A stretch of DNA of 63,232 nt, the filler included, from Pirum gemmata (lineage: Eukaryota), in assembly GCA_002812295.1 (NCBI GenBank). It is 19 parts of 19 records of this genome, joined end to end, with 100 filler letters (N's around TTAATTAATTAA, not from the genome) between each part and the next. Parts side by side here need not be neighbours in the genome. Positions count along the whole stretch, not along the records: positions 8,461 to 12,529 come from PDIN01004365.1; positions 12,630 to 15,443 come from PDIN01004366.1; positions 15,544 to 20,197 come from PDIN01004367.1; positions 20,298 to 23,131 come from PDIN01004368.1; 15 more parts are not named here. The stretch is one strand, 5' to 3'. Shown here piece after piece: positions 10,933 to 22,901 of this stretch. The notes under the pieces are model-generated. The model ran no database searches, was not told the origin of the DNA, and saw nothing but the letters and a program-made list of their open reading frames with translations. The position numbers were made by a program, and so were the translations under genes. Positions within the stretch are counted from its first letter, which is position 1. Each line of letters opens with the position of its first letter.

Positions 10933-12474
10933 GCTAGCTAGCTAGTGGCTCTACTAGCTAGCTAGACCTAGGTAGCTAGGCAGTCCTACTAGCTACTAGC
11001 TAGCTGTCATCGAAGCTGTCATAGAACTGTCCATTGTCATAATATTATTTTATTTATTATTTATATTATAAATAAATATATGTAAGAAAACTGTTTGTAG
11101 TTATTACAACAGGAGTCTGCTTTGTTTTTAAAAATCAAGTTTTCGAACTTATGCATTAATTAAATAAGTTCGAAAATTTTAAGCTAACAGTTAATTTAAA
11201 AAAGTATAAACCCAAGAAAATGGAAAAATAATTTTCGCTTTTTTTTCGGGCTTGAGCAGAATTGATACAATATGTATATTGGACCAACTTTCNTAGCCTT
11301 TTTTATTGGTCAAATTTTAAATTTAAGACCACAAAAAAATGTTATTGGTCTAAGTCTGAAAGTCAGATAACCGCTGGATAGTGCAATTACCTCTTTTTTT
11401 AGTCTTTTTTTCTTCTTTTTATATCAGTTCTTATCAACACTAGCTAGGTTTTTGGTTTTTAAAAATCACTATTTTACTTATTACACGTGCACACATTGGG
11501 GTTTTGTAATAAAAACTCGACGTGTCTTCACTTTTGTGCAAAGTTTAATACTAGGAATATTTTCAGCTCTTGTCTTTCGAATAATGTTTTAAAGACTAGA
11601 GATAAAGTCCGAAAAACGGCCTTTTAATTAATTATAAAAGGATAGGTCTTTTAGTTCTCGGGAAATTTGGCCACATCTTTTCTATAGTATGAGACTTCTG
11701 GAGCGGACAAAGCACTTTTTCAATGTCCGCCCGACGTCGTCTCTGTTCGGGAGCTCTTCGGGTACCTTAGTGGTTCCCAGGCACCCGCCCATGGGTTCAT
11801 ATATTATATTATATTATATATTATATGCATATAAAAATGACAAAAAGATAACATGTTGAAAAAATATATAATATACACAGTAGAAAAAAGACGCGGCACT
11901 ATAGAATAGTTCAACTGTGTCAAGAGTGTCAAGGCACTTATAAACAACTCACCAACTACCATACTCTTGTGCACCTAAGAGCTACCTAAGGTCCCTTACA
12001 CACACCACTTATAACTCCTAACTCCTAAGTCTACCCTTAATTTTAATACCTGACATGAACCCTTAATTCTTAACCTCAAACCTTTACAGTACCTACTAGC
12101 ACCTCTACCCTTAATTACATAATACCTAGGCCTAACCCTTAATCCTTAACCCTAAACGTTTACAGCCCCTATAGCTAGCTAACCCCAATATATCCGTAGC
12201 TCATGATCAAATTTTAACACCCTATAGCTAATGATAACTAGCTATATTAATAGCTTATTATTAATTAACTCTAAAACTCTAACTCCGAATTATAAAGCTC
12301 TCTTGAATAACCCTGCCTTTTTTTTTTTAGACTATTAAGCAGACACAGAAACATAATTATACTATAATTATCCTTATTTACAATTCAACCTGTCTTTTCT
12401 TGATTTTTTAGACCTTGTGTGCAGTTTGTTTTTTTAACTGTGCGCTACTACTACACTACTATCATATCATAATA

Positions 12475-12529
12475 TAGCGTGCTTTTCATTTATTTTGTCA
12501 CTCCGAATATTTATTTGGTTGGTTATAAT
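12475..12529 (-). mobile_element. MITE family B, truncated at the contig end
   Basis: tagcgtgcttttcatttattttgtcactccgaatatttatttgg. Confidence 0.75.
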
Positions 12530-14007
12530 NNNNNNNNNNNNNNNNNNNNNNNNNNNNNNNNNNNNNNNNNNNNTTAATTAATTAANNNNNNNNNNNNNNN
12601 NNNNNNNNNNNNNNNNNNNNNNNNNNNNNTATTAATATCGATATATATTATTATATATATTTGGAACCAGATGTGAGTCTTTCGGCCCTTGACCTATATA
12701 GGAATGTACCACAATTTTCCAATTCTTGTATTTTTGACGTCACGAATATAATATATATCGATATGATAATCTATAATAATTAAATAGTGGGCTAATTAAC
12801 GTCACCTACCTGGTTTATTCGTCTTCTAGCTAAGTTTATTATTAGTAGTTTTGATAGCAGCTTAGTTATCGATATTAGTTAGCTATCGACAAGAGTTATA
12901 TAGTGTTATTAGCCTCTTTTCTGCTTCTGAGACTATTTGAAACAATGACTATTATAATTAGTAGGAGACTATGATTTATAATATATATATTGACACTTAA
13001 GCTTTTTGCGAATATATATCAACTACCAGAGGCCTTTGTCCTCTATCTAGAACTAGTTATCTGGTACTAGCTATATATGTCGTACTGAAAGTAGATAATA
13101 TTATAAAAAGGTATGAAAATAGTATTAATATTTTAGTTGTTTTTTTTTCATCTATCATATCATAGTGAAAACAAAGCCGCTTATATATTACATAATTTTA
13201 TTATTTCAGTAAATTATTACGTAAATCAACAGTAATTATAAACATATATTATATATTAATATATATACTGTAAATGTTTACAAAACCTAACAGTTATTTG
13301 TCAATAAAACTTAGAGAGCGGGTCACACCTAACACCAGAGTCTCATCAAATCACCGTATATTATTATATTAGACGGGGAAGGACCCCCTGGAAGGTTACC
13401 CTAGTATCGAATCAATAATTAATATTGTAATTAAGCAGGGGAAACTAACTACCTTTAATTAAATTAACATCAAATCAGTAATCCCCAAAGGTATTAAAAA
13501 AACGCAATATAACCAAATCTGATTATTTAATTATTCAAACCAGTCAGCTTAAGTTGGACTATCATGAGTACACGCAAAGTAGACTATTATGAGTATTTGC
13601 GAGTAGACGCAAACTCGAACCATTTAAGAATCACCTGGTGGACGACACTAGTCTAGTACTCCCCACAGATTTTTGCAATTAGCAAAAATCGAGAAGTAAG
13701 TAGAAAATAGCTTTCGCAAAAGCAAACCTTTAATTCCAAAAAAAATACAAAAAAAGAAAAAATAAAACATAACTTAAAACAGGACCAAACATTGTTTGCA
13801 CCTGAAACTGGCTTAGTTGCAATAAACCGCAAAACTCAAAAGAGAAAAACGCGGAAGTATATTCAAGAACTTAAAGCAGAACCATCATTACAAAGTGGGC
13901 TAGCTATAACACAACTTAAGATTGAAAGCTTTTAATCAGCATCCTGTCGATCGGACGTTGTTCTTTTCGAACCTATGCTGTTAGTAGCTTTATGAAATTC
14001 ATCATCA

Positions 14008-14589
14008 CTACCAACTAACTATAGATGCTCCATTTTTTGTAAAATGAAAAGACTTCTGTCCCACTAGGAACGTATTAATAACACCTTCTCCATAGCCAGG
14101 GTTGATCAACCTAGCGATTGCATCGATTATCATAGTCTTGGTGTGATTACTAACGATAGTGTTGAAAACTGAGATTAAAAGCTCTAGGTCGCACTCTAGG
14201 CGTTCTTTCCTAGCTAGCTCAGACTTCATCATGTAGTCCTAATTTTGTTGAACTTTGGCCATTTCGACTTGTAAATAGTTTCGAGCATAGCTCCTGAAAT
14301 AGCATTGAAGTTCTTGCTCGATTATGATATTGATACACTTCGAACATAACTCCTAAAAAACATTGAGGATCTGTATCATGATCAAACAAGAACCTCAACG
14401 TTATTTCAGGAGTTATGTTCGAAATTATTTACAGGTCGAAATGACCAAAGCTCGACTAAATTGGTTAATAAAGAACTCCTAGATTTGTTTAACATGTATA
14501 ATGTTATAGTCAGAGGATTACATGATGAAACCCGAGTTAGCTAGAAAAGAACGTCGAGTGCGACCTAGAGCTTTTAATCTTAGTTTTCA
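14008..14589 (-). pseudogene. Degraded coding-like sequence of unknown origin, part of which is duplicated in inverted orientation
   Basis: The minus frame reads IIIEQELQCYFRSYARNYLQVEMAKVQQN*DYMMKSELARKERLE... Bases 14163-14328 are mirrored at 14376-14589. Confidence 0.4.
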
Positions 14590-14814
14590 TTATAAGTTTA
14601 TTGTTAATTACATCACAATTTTTTTAATATAACTTCAATATAAATCTCCATTACAACCACTACTATAGCTAGATCTCCATTACATAATAAAGAGTTGATA
14701 AAGTTATTATGAGAATAATTATATACTCGTGTTATAACATACACACTATATGCATCATGCTTAACATGTATGTTATAATATGTCGCTGCAGTACAGGAAA
14801 AAAAAACAAAAATA

Positions 14815-14865
<51 letters not shown>

Positions 14866-15010
14866 TGTTATTAATGCTAACAAAATACCAAATATCCCCA
14901 TAACCATATTTAACCTTGTATTTATTCAATCACCACTTTTATAATTGATTGTAAAAATACCTATAACCCTATAACCCCATAACCTTATAACCCTATTTAT
15001 ATATAATTAG

Positions 15011-15372
15011 GAAAAAACAACAATGATGATAAAATGCGATGCATTAGATGATGGCGACGAAATGAATGCTTTCAACTCTCTATTAGGAATATCGAGTGAA
15101 GCACGTGACAATATTGTGCGCGAAAATAGTGTTTTATCCGTGTCCTTTAGAGATGGCCGTGAAATTATATTTCAATCGGTCGATGCTGGTAACCCACTGC
15201 CAAACACTGGGGGTAGTGATGACGGGAATAGCGTTTCCACTGGTGTTATTGTTGGGGTTTCGGTTACTGCTTGTATTATTTTGGCGGCTTTGATCGGATT
15301 ATTAATTTGGGGCTGGAGAAGATATGCTGATAAAGCAAATAAACTTAAAGAATACCAGGATCCACTTCCTCG
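15011..15372 (+). CDS. Internal exon of a type I single-pass membrane protein (receptor-like)
   Basis: tTAG acceptor at 15010 and GTatat donor at 15373. Encodes the TM segment GVIVGVSVTACIILAALIGLLIWGW followed by RR. Confidence 0.7.
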
Positions 15373-15909
15373 GTATATATATATATATATATTATATTTG
15401 TTGTTTATTTATTTTTATTTTATTTTATTTTATTTTATTTTATNNNNNNNNNNNNNNNNNNNNNNNNNNNNNNNNNNNNNNNNNNNNTTAATTAATTAAN
15501 NNNNNNNNNNNNNNNNNNNNNNNNNNNNNNNNNNNNNNNNNNNGGGTTGAGGTGGGGTAAGTAGACCCCTTGGCTACTAGCTAGTAGCTAGCTAGCTCTA
15601 GCTATCGTAGCTCTAGCTGGCTAGCTAGCTAGTATACTTTCTGTCGATATGATCCAGATACCTGTTGCAGATGAAGAAAGCAGCAGTAAAAAACAGTCTA
15701 CTGGGCACTACACAACTGCTACTACACGTGCAAATTATGGGGTCTCACTTTTCCAAAGTTTTGCAAATACCTTTTTCTTGATTTTTTTTTTTGAATTTAT
15801 AAAACCAATTATTTATATTATACATAATAAAAAAAATAATAATAATTAATAAATATTGGAAAGTGGTTTTATTACAATCCTTTTTTTAATAAATGAATAA
15901 TTTTTAAAT

Positions 15910-18289
15910 ATGAGTTATCTTCGATACAGTAGAACATTAGTGCGGGTGGCACAACCTGTTAATTATTCACTCCATGTCCAAGTAAGTATTACTTCTGTTG
16001 TCTCAATGCAATTTCTTTGTTAACACGTTTGTCCTTTCTTGTATTGTTTTTGTTGTTTGCTGTTTGTTACTTGTTGTTTTTGTTTGTTGTTGTTGCTGTT
16101 ACAAACAACAGTTTTTTTTTTTCTTATTTTGTTGTTTTTTGTTGTTTTTTGTTGTTTTTTGTTGTTTTTTGTTGTTTTTTGTTGTTTTTTGTTGTTTTTT
16201 GTTGTTTTTTGTTGTTTTTTGTTGTTGTTTGTGNNNNNNNNNNNNNNNNNNNNNNNNNNNNNNNNNNNNNNNNNNNNNNNNNNNNNNNNNNNNNNNNNNN
16301 NNNNNNNNNNNNNNNNNNNNNNNNNNNNNNNNNNNNNNNNNNNNNNNNNNNNNNNNNNNNNNNNNNNNNNNNNNNNNTATGGTTATGGTTATGGTTATGG
16401 TTATGGTTATGGTTATGGTTATGGTTATGGTTATGGTTATGGTTATGGTTATGGTTATGGTTATGGTTATTATGGTTATGGTTATTATGGTCATGGTTAT
16501 GGTTATGACTTTGTTTATGTTTATGGTATGTTATGGTCATGGTTATGGTTATGGTGATGGTTATGGTTATGGTGATGGTGATGGTGATGGTGATGGTGAT
16601 GGTTATGACTATGGCTATGTTTATTGTTACGGTTATGGTTATGCCTACTGAAAAAAAAAAGCGGCAACAGTCAATAATACTTTATACAAAGTATACCTTA
16701 ATATAATTTAATCATATATTGATGATTGATGATTGATGATTGATGATTGATGATTGATGATTGATGATTGATGATTGATGATTGATGATTGATGATTGAT
16801 GATTGATGATTGATGATTGATGATTAACGATTGACGATTGATAATTGATAATTTTATTGATGATTGATGATTGATTGATGATTGATGATTGATGATTGAT
16901 GATTGATGATTGATGATTGATTATTGATTATTGATGATTGATGATTGATTATTGATTATTGATTATGCTTATGCTTATGATGTATGGTCATGGTTATGGT
17001 TATGACTATGACTTATGGCTTATAACTTGTGGCTTATGACTTATGACTTATGACTTATAACTTATGACCTATGACTTGTAATTTATGGTTTGGTTATTAT
17101 TATGATTATTGGTTATTGGTTATGCTTATACTTATGTTTATGTTTATGCTAATTCTTATGATAATGACTTATGATTATGATTATGATTATGATTATTATG
17201 ATTATGATTATGATTATTATGATTATGATTATGATTATGATTATGATTATGGTTATGGTTATGATTATGATTATGATTATGATTATGATTATGATTATGA
17301 TTATGATTATGATTTTTTAATTGTGCGTTTGCTTTTGCTTTTGCTTTTGCTTTTTGAGTTTGAGTTTGAGTTTGAGTTTGAGTTTGAGTTTGAGTTTGAG
17401 TTTGAGTTAAAGTTTGATTTTGATTTTGATTTTGATTTTGATTCTCATTCTGATTCTGATTCTGATTCTGATTTTGAATTTGAATCTGATGCTGAATTAT
17501 TAATATGATGATACAATGAAGAAGAAGATGATGAATGTAAAGAGCTGACAATGATGTTAATGAATATCATGAATCTAACTAATGAATTTGATGAATCAGA
17601 TGAATCTGATAAATCTGATCTGATTCAGATTATATAGTTAAGATTATAATTATGTTTATAATTATGTTTATGTTTATGTTTATGATTATGAATGTTACAT
17701 TAATTAGTATTATGCATATTTATGCATATTTATGCTTATTTATGCTTATTGCTTATGCTTCTAACGATTATTTTAATAATTACGATTGTTATATTGTGAT
17801 TATGAGTATGCTTGTGTTGTGATTATGACCATGACTTATGGTTGTGCTTATGATTTTGATTATGATCTTGATTATAATAATGATTATGATCACATGGCTA
17901 TAATTATAATTATAATTATAATTGTGATTATGATTATGATTGTGATTATGGTTGTGATTATGTCCCATGTGTACGTGTCTATTATCTATTCATATTTTTT
18001 TGCTCGGGCTGTTTATTTTGGCATTTCTATTTCATATTATAATTTTTATTCATTTATTTCTTCCAAAACTTAGTGTTTAAATAAAGTTGGCCCTATCGCG
18101 AGTACAAGCATTGTAACACAGAGGCGGTCAATGGGTATTTTCTCCGATTTCATTGACAACGTAAAAAAAGGTTTTGAAACAAAAGAAATGAAAGAGTCAA
18201 TGGAACAGCTAAAAGAAACGACGCAAAAGAATGTAAAAACTTTGAAAGAAGTTAGTGAAAAAACGCAAGAAAAAATCACCCCTGCTGCA
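15910..18289 (+). CDS. TIM44: Mitochondrial import protein TIM44, exons 1-2 (15910-15981, 18074-18289); the rest is missing
   Basis: Phase-0 GTAAGT..TAG splicing gives an acid-free, Arg/Ser-rich presequence MSYLRYSRTLVRVAQPVNYSLHVQCLNKVGPIASTSIVTQRRS. It is followed by MGIFSDFIDNVKKGFETKEMKESMEQLKE, resembling the DNVK...KEMKES block of animal TIMM44 (from memory). A GTAAGT donor follows at 18290. Confidence 0.65.
16030..17965 (+). repeat. Microsatellite mosaic filling TIM44 intron 1
   Basis: Successive arrays: GTTGTTTTTT, TTATGG, GGTGAT, GATGATT, TTATGAC, TTATGA, TTTTGC, TTTGAG, TTTGAT, TCTGAT. Confidence 0.9.
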
Positions 18290-18735
18290 GTAAGTTTATT
18301 TGTGTATAATACGGTGGTTGTTAATAAAGGTTACATTTATGCTTAACACACACACACACACACACANNNNNNNNNNNNNNNNNNNNNNNNNNNNNNNNNN
18401 NNNNNNNNNNNNNNNNNNNNNNNNNNNNNNNNNNNTACTACTACTAACTACTACTACTACTAACTACTACTAACTACTACTACTACTACTACTACTACTA
18501 CTGCTGCTGCTGCTACTACTACTACTACCACTACCACTACCAATACCACCACCACCACCACCACTACTATTACTACCACTACCACCACTACTACTATGGC
18601 TACTACTACCACTACCACCACTATTGCTACTACTACACCACCACCACCACCACCACCACCACCACCACTACTACTGCTACTATTACTATTGCCACCACCA
18701 CCATCACCACCACCACTACTAATAATAATCAGAAC

Positions 18736-19126
18736 CTTCATAGATGTGCACGTGATCATATTGACACTCCAGTGTAATGTTATTTGTTTCTAAGGTAATG
18801 TATTTAAACTGTTGAGTAATGAGTACTAAACGACACTGCATGTTTGGAGCATACCCTTCACCGGGATAAAGTAAAGAAGTATTGGTATGACTCCATATAC
18901 CCTTTGTTTCGTTGAAAAGAATATATTTTTTACATTCATCACATTTTGAACCAACCCAACCATCGTCACAGAAACAGAACGAATCTGAGGTATTGGGATG
19001 AATTTCACAAGTCCCATGACCTGAGCAAGACTTCGCATTTTGCAGATCACAAGACCGCACACTTTGGGAGAACAGTTTTATTATACAAAGACAAAGATAA
19101 AAGTGAAGCCAAAAATGAATTAACAT
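18736..19126 (-). CDS. First exon of an attractin-like protein (signal peptide, EGF, start of CUB)
   Basis: ATG at 19126 with a hydrophobic leader. EGF motif CSGHGTC...CFCDDGWVGSKCDEC. CUB motif YAPNMQCRLVL...ITLE..NITLECQYDHVHIYEG. EGF directly followed by CUB matches the attractin N-terminus. Putative GT donor at 18735. Confidence 0.75.
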
Positions 19127-19442
19127 GATAACGAAAAACCCGAGGTGATATTCTGTAATAAACAAAAAGTATTTTTATCTAGTGCGAAAGTGGCAGATGT
19201 TAACAAAAGACAAATTGTAGTTCAAATTGTTCAGAATTCTCTCATGAGAACAGCTACAGCTACACTTACAGATGTCTGGTTAGGCAGGCAGAATTATGAG
19301 TTCGTTTATAAAAAATATCTAAAAAGAAGAAAATATCGATTGACAACACAACTATAACCCTACAACAACACAAATACATAATATACGTTTAATAGTAATA
19401 GTATCATAATACATGAGTGAGTTATCATTTATGTATGGAGTG

Positions 19443-19490
<48 letters not shown>

Positions 19491-19582
19491 TTATTATTTA
19501 TAAGTCATTCATACATGAACAAAGGCTGAGTCTTTGTACGTGAACTATCGTAGAAAATTTTGAAGTCCTTGTTTTTTTTCAT

Positions 19583-20165
19583 AAACTAGCTAGCTAGACT
19601 AGCTAGACTATCATAGCTAGCTATCGATACATTATTAGTCTAGCTAGTAGCATGCCATAGACTGAGCTACTAGCTAGACCCTACTACTAGCTAGCTATCA
19701 ACAGATTCAGCTATGATAGTAGCTTTCGTTGGTTTATTTTTATTATGTATCATATTATATCTCGATAAGGCTGCTTTGCTCTCTAGTAGCTAGCTAGGCT
19801 TTGCTCTACAGGACTAGCTAGCTAGCTAGCTAGTAGTTGAGTATAACTGCTACCAGATACTAAGAGTTGTACTAAGTCATGGTCATTCATGGAATAGAAA
19901 GGGATGTGGTTACGTCATCACGGTAGACTATTCTGCTTGTATTCTGCTTAGAATCTGCTGTCATTCTGACCATCTGACACTTTTTCTGACCTATAGCTAC
20001 TACTAGCTAGCTAGTTAGTAGTCTATTAGATAGTATCAGGTATCTAGCTAGAGTAGCTAGCTAGCTAGCTAGCTAGCTACTACAGAGTCTGAGTGCAGTC
20101 TGTGCAGACTCAATGCAGAGTCTAGCTAGCTACTACTAGCTAGCTAGATTCTGACTCATAGTCAA
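19583..20165. repeat. Dense degenerate CTAG/AGCT patch. Similar patches at about 10930-11010, 15570-15635, 22640-22820, 23770-23890, 24310-24660, 25195-25450, 26590-27050, 58025-58170 and 59105-59620.
   Basis: Runs of agctagctag interleaved with ctac, atag, gact and atcgat words. Confidence 0.85.
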
Positions 20166-20490
20166 TTGCTTAAACGAGTGGTTGTGGTTGTGGTTGTNNN
20201 NNNNNNNNNNNNNNNNNNNNNNNNNNNNNNNNNNNNNNNNNTTAATTAATTAANNNNNNNNNNNNNNNNNNNNNNNNNNNNNNNNNNNNNNNNNNNNTTA
20301 TTATTATAGTTATAATTATTATTATTATTATTATTATTATTATTGCTATTTTTAATGTTGTTTTATTGTGGTTATTATTTTTATTACTTACATTGTGTTT
20401 TAAAACATTTATTGGTGTTGTTTTCTTCTTTTTTATTTATTTTTTAAAACACTAATGAGAATAAAATTTTGTTGTTATGATTCAAAGTAG

Positions 20491-22078
20491 ATGAATCCAA
20501 TACCCCAAATGAAAAGCCTATATCCATGCCAACTACCAAAAATGAACATAAAATGGCAAAATTAGATAAAGAAAGTGAAATTTTACACATAATTGTCAAC
20601 AACCGTACAATGTTTCGAAGTGGAAACCTAACTTTACTGGAAGGAATGCTAATACAACTAGAGAATGACGGTAAGAAGAAAGTGTCCATTTGTATCTCTG
20701 CAGCTTTATTAATGTTGCACAGAAGTCCTATTTCCGTACCGATGGCCAAAGCGGAAGAAGAAAATCCTGTTGACAGCAAATCCAGAAAAAGAAGAAGTTT
20801 ATTAAGCTTTCTGATGGAACAGGGTACAAAGAACAGCGACGATATATTAAAGCAAGGCTTAAAACAAAAAGATGGTGTATTAGAACAAGGTGTAAGGCAT
20901 AGAGAGGGTAATTATTCTAAGTTCAAGTTATTATCATTATTATCATTATTTCAAAAACAATGTTTTTCTCATTGTGTGTTTTATTTCTATTATTTATCCC
21001 AATATGCCCATGTCTTTTTCTTTTTTTTATTGACTCCCTGTGTTTTTGTTGTTTCCTTTTAGGTGGCTTGGTGAGAGGAGCTGAAAGAGCAGACGTTTCT
21101 GATACTTTGAAAGATCGTAAAGCACTGGAGAATGAAATGGATTTGAAATTGGAAAGAGTGAAAGGAAAGTATAGGCCGGAATATAAGAAATTAGACCAAA
21201 AGGAACAATTAAGAATTGCTCGAGGAACCGCTGGACGATTGATTCAAGATCCTTCGAGTGATGATTTAGCTTTCGCAATAAGATTTGATTTCGATGCTGC
21301 CCTATACCAATTGGATGCATTAGAAATTGATAGCAGAATGATTGTGGATTTGGTTCATGAGGGTGTCTTAGGCCATCATTTATTTAAAGAGATCGAATTC
21401 TTACAGCAAGCAAGCGATGCGATGAATGGCATTTGTGATTATATTAGGAAAATCGATACCTCTGATATAAAAAAAAACATGGAAGATTCTTGGGAGCAAG
21501 TACAGTCATATTTCAAGCAAGCTGAAGAAGAAATTGTAATACCCCACCAAACTGTAGGTGATATGCCAATTCCAAAAAGGCAACTAGTACGAACCGAAAC
21601 TATTATTCCCGACAACTATAAGCCGGAATTGTTTGATACGCTAATTCCGAGAAGGCAACTAGTTTTGCCGCCAATTCCCACAAGGCAACTCAAAACTGTT
21701 TTCCATAAGCCAGGATTGGGGGATACTATAGCGCGAGCACCACCTATTTATGATACGCCAATTACGAAAAGGCAACTAGTACGACACAAAACTCTTTTAC
21801 CTAACAACGATAAGCCAGGATTGGGGGATACTATAGCGCGAGCACCACCTATTTATGATACGCCAATTACGAAAAGGCAACCAGTACGACACAAAACTCT
21901 TTTACCTAACAACGATAAGCCAGGATTGGGGGATACTATAGCGCGAGCACCACCTATTTATTATACCCCAATTCCGAAAAGACAACCAGTACGACACAAT
22001 ACTGTTTTATCCGACGACTATAAGCCAGGATTGGGGGATAATATAATGGCGCGGGCTCCACCTACTGATACTTATTGA
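20491..22078 (+). CDS. Unknown protein, at least two exons (about 20491-20907 and 21063-22078), with C-terminal 35-aa tandem repeats
   Basis: A phase-1 intron at 20908-21062 (GTaatt...ttttAG) joins the two long ORFs in frame. A 105-bp unit (KPGLGDTIARAPPIYDTPITKRQLVRHKTLLPNND) starts near 21705, 21810, 21915 and 22020. Confidence 0.7.
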
Positions 22079-22450
22079 TGATACGCCAATTCCAAAAAGC
22101 CAACCCCGCATAAGTTCTTCGGACCGAATATCTCAACAACCAAAAGTGCTATGACGACAAAAGTGGGTTCTATGGGTGGCTCTTGATCTCTAGCTAGTTA
22201 ATTGAAGATGGATATCGACTTTTTTTTTTTGACTCGAAAATTTATGTTTACATATGTTCGAAACAAGTATTTTATGTTCGAACACAAAAAACTCGAAAAT
22301 CTCGAATTACTTAAATTTACATATGTTCGAAAAAATATTTGATGTTCGAACGCTCCAAAAATAATTTTTTAAATAATTAGTGGTTTTTTAGTGGTTTTTT
22401 GAAAATTTTTATTTTTTATTTTTTATGATAGGCTATAGGCCCGGGGGGTC

Positions 22451-22639
22451 TAGCGCTTTTCATTTATTTTGTCACCCCGAATATTTATTTGGTTGTTAAT
22501 AATATTTAAATTGATACTTTTTAGTATATATATATTTATAATAAAATATACCAAATTAAATGAAATGGATTTATATTGTATTAATTTGGTACTATTTATT
22601 GTATATTTTATGACGACAAAATAACTGAAAAGCACGATA
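22451..22639 (-). mobile_element. MITE family B, full copy (about 190 bp)
   Basis: TIR gcgcttttca ... tgaaaagcacga with flanking TA. About 12 copies or fragments in the window. Confidence 0.82.
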
Positions 22640-22822
22640 GTCTAGACTAATATAAAATAATAATAATAATAATAAATAGAGGTCTTGTCTAGCTCTAGTC
22701 TATATCTGGCTAGTAGTCAATATAGACTCTCTACCCTATCATAAATACTATCGATAGACTATTCTAGCTCTAGACTAGCTAGTCTAGTAGCTAGACCCGG
22801 TCTACCCTCGGGTAGACCCCAN

Positions 22823-22901
22823 TATTAGTAAGAAACACGGAACTAAGGTTGGCTCGATAAGCATCTGTTCGAAAAAAGTTCCAGTAGATATCTCACCCCT
22901 A
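22823..22901 (-). mobile_element. MITE family C, partial copy
   Basis: Ends in atatctcaccccta, the reverse complement of the C left end. Confidence 0.78.

Noticed and set aside
13564..13656. J-domain-like start MSTRKVDYYEYLRVDANS
   Set aside because: It stops after 30 codons, and no HPD motif or helix II was found nearby.
15998..17551. Long dipeptide-repeat ORFs (MV, WL, YG, YD, FE, HN), and similar ones at 7950, 18460, 39837-40894 and 50634
   Set aside because: These are stop-free frames of microsatellites. The 16-17.5 kb tract lies within a predicted intron.
22230..22355. Clustered TTCGAA as heat-shock elements
   Set aside because: The spacing does not fit nGAAnnTTCn. More likely a small repeat remnant.
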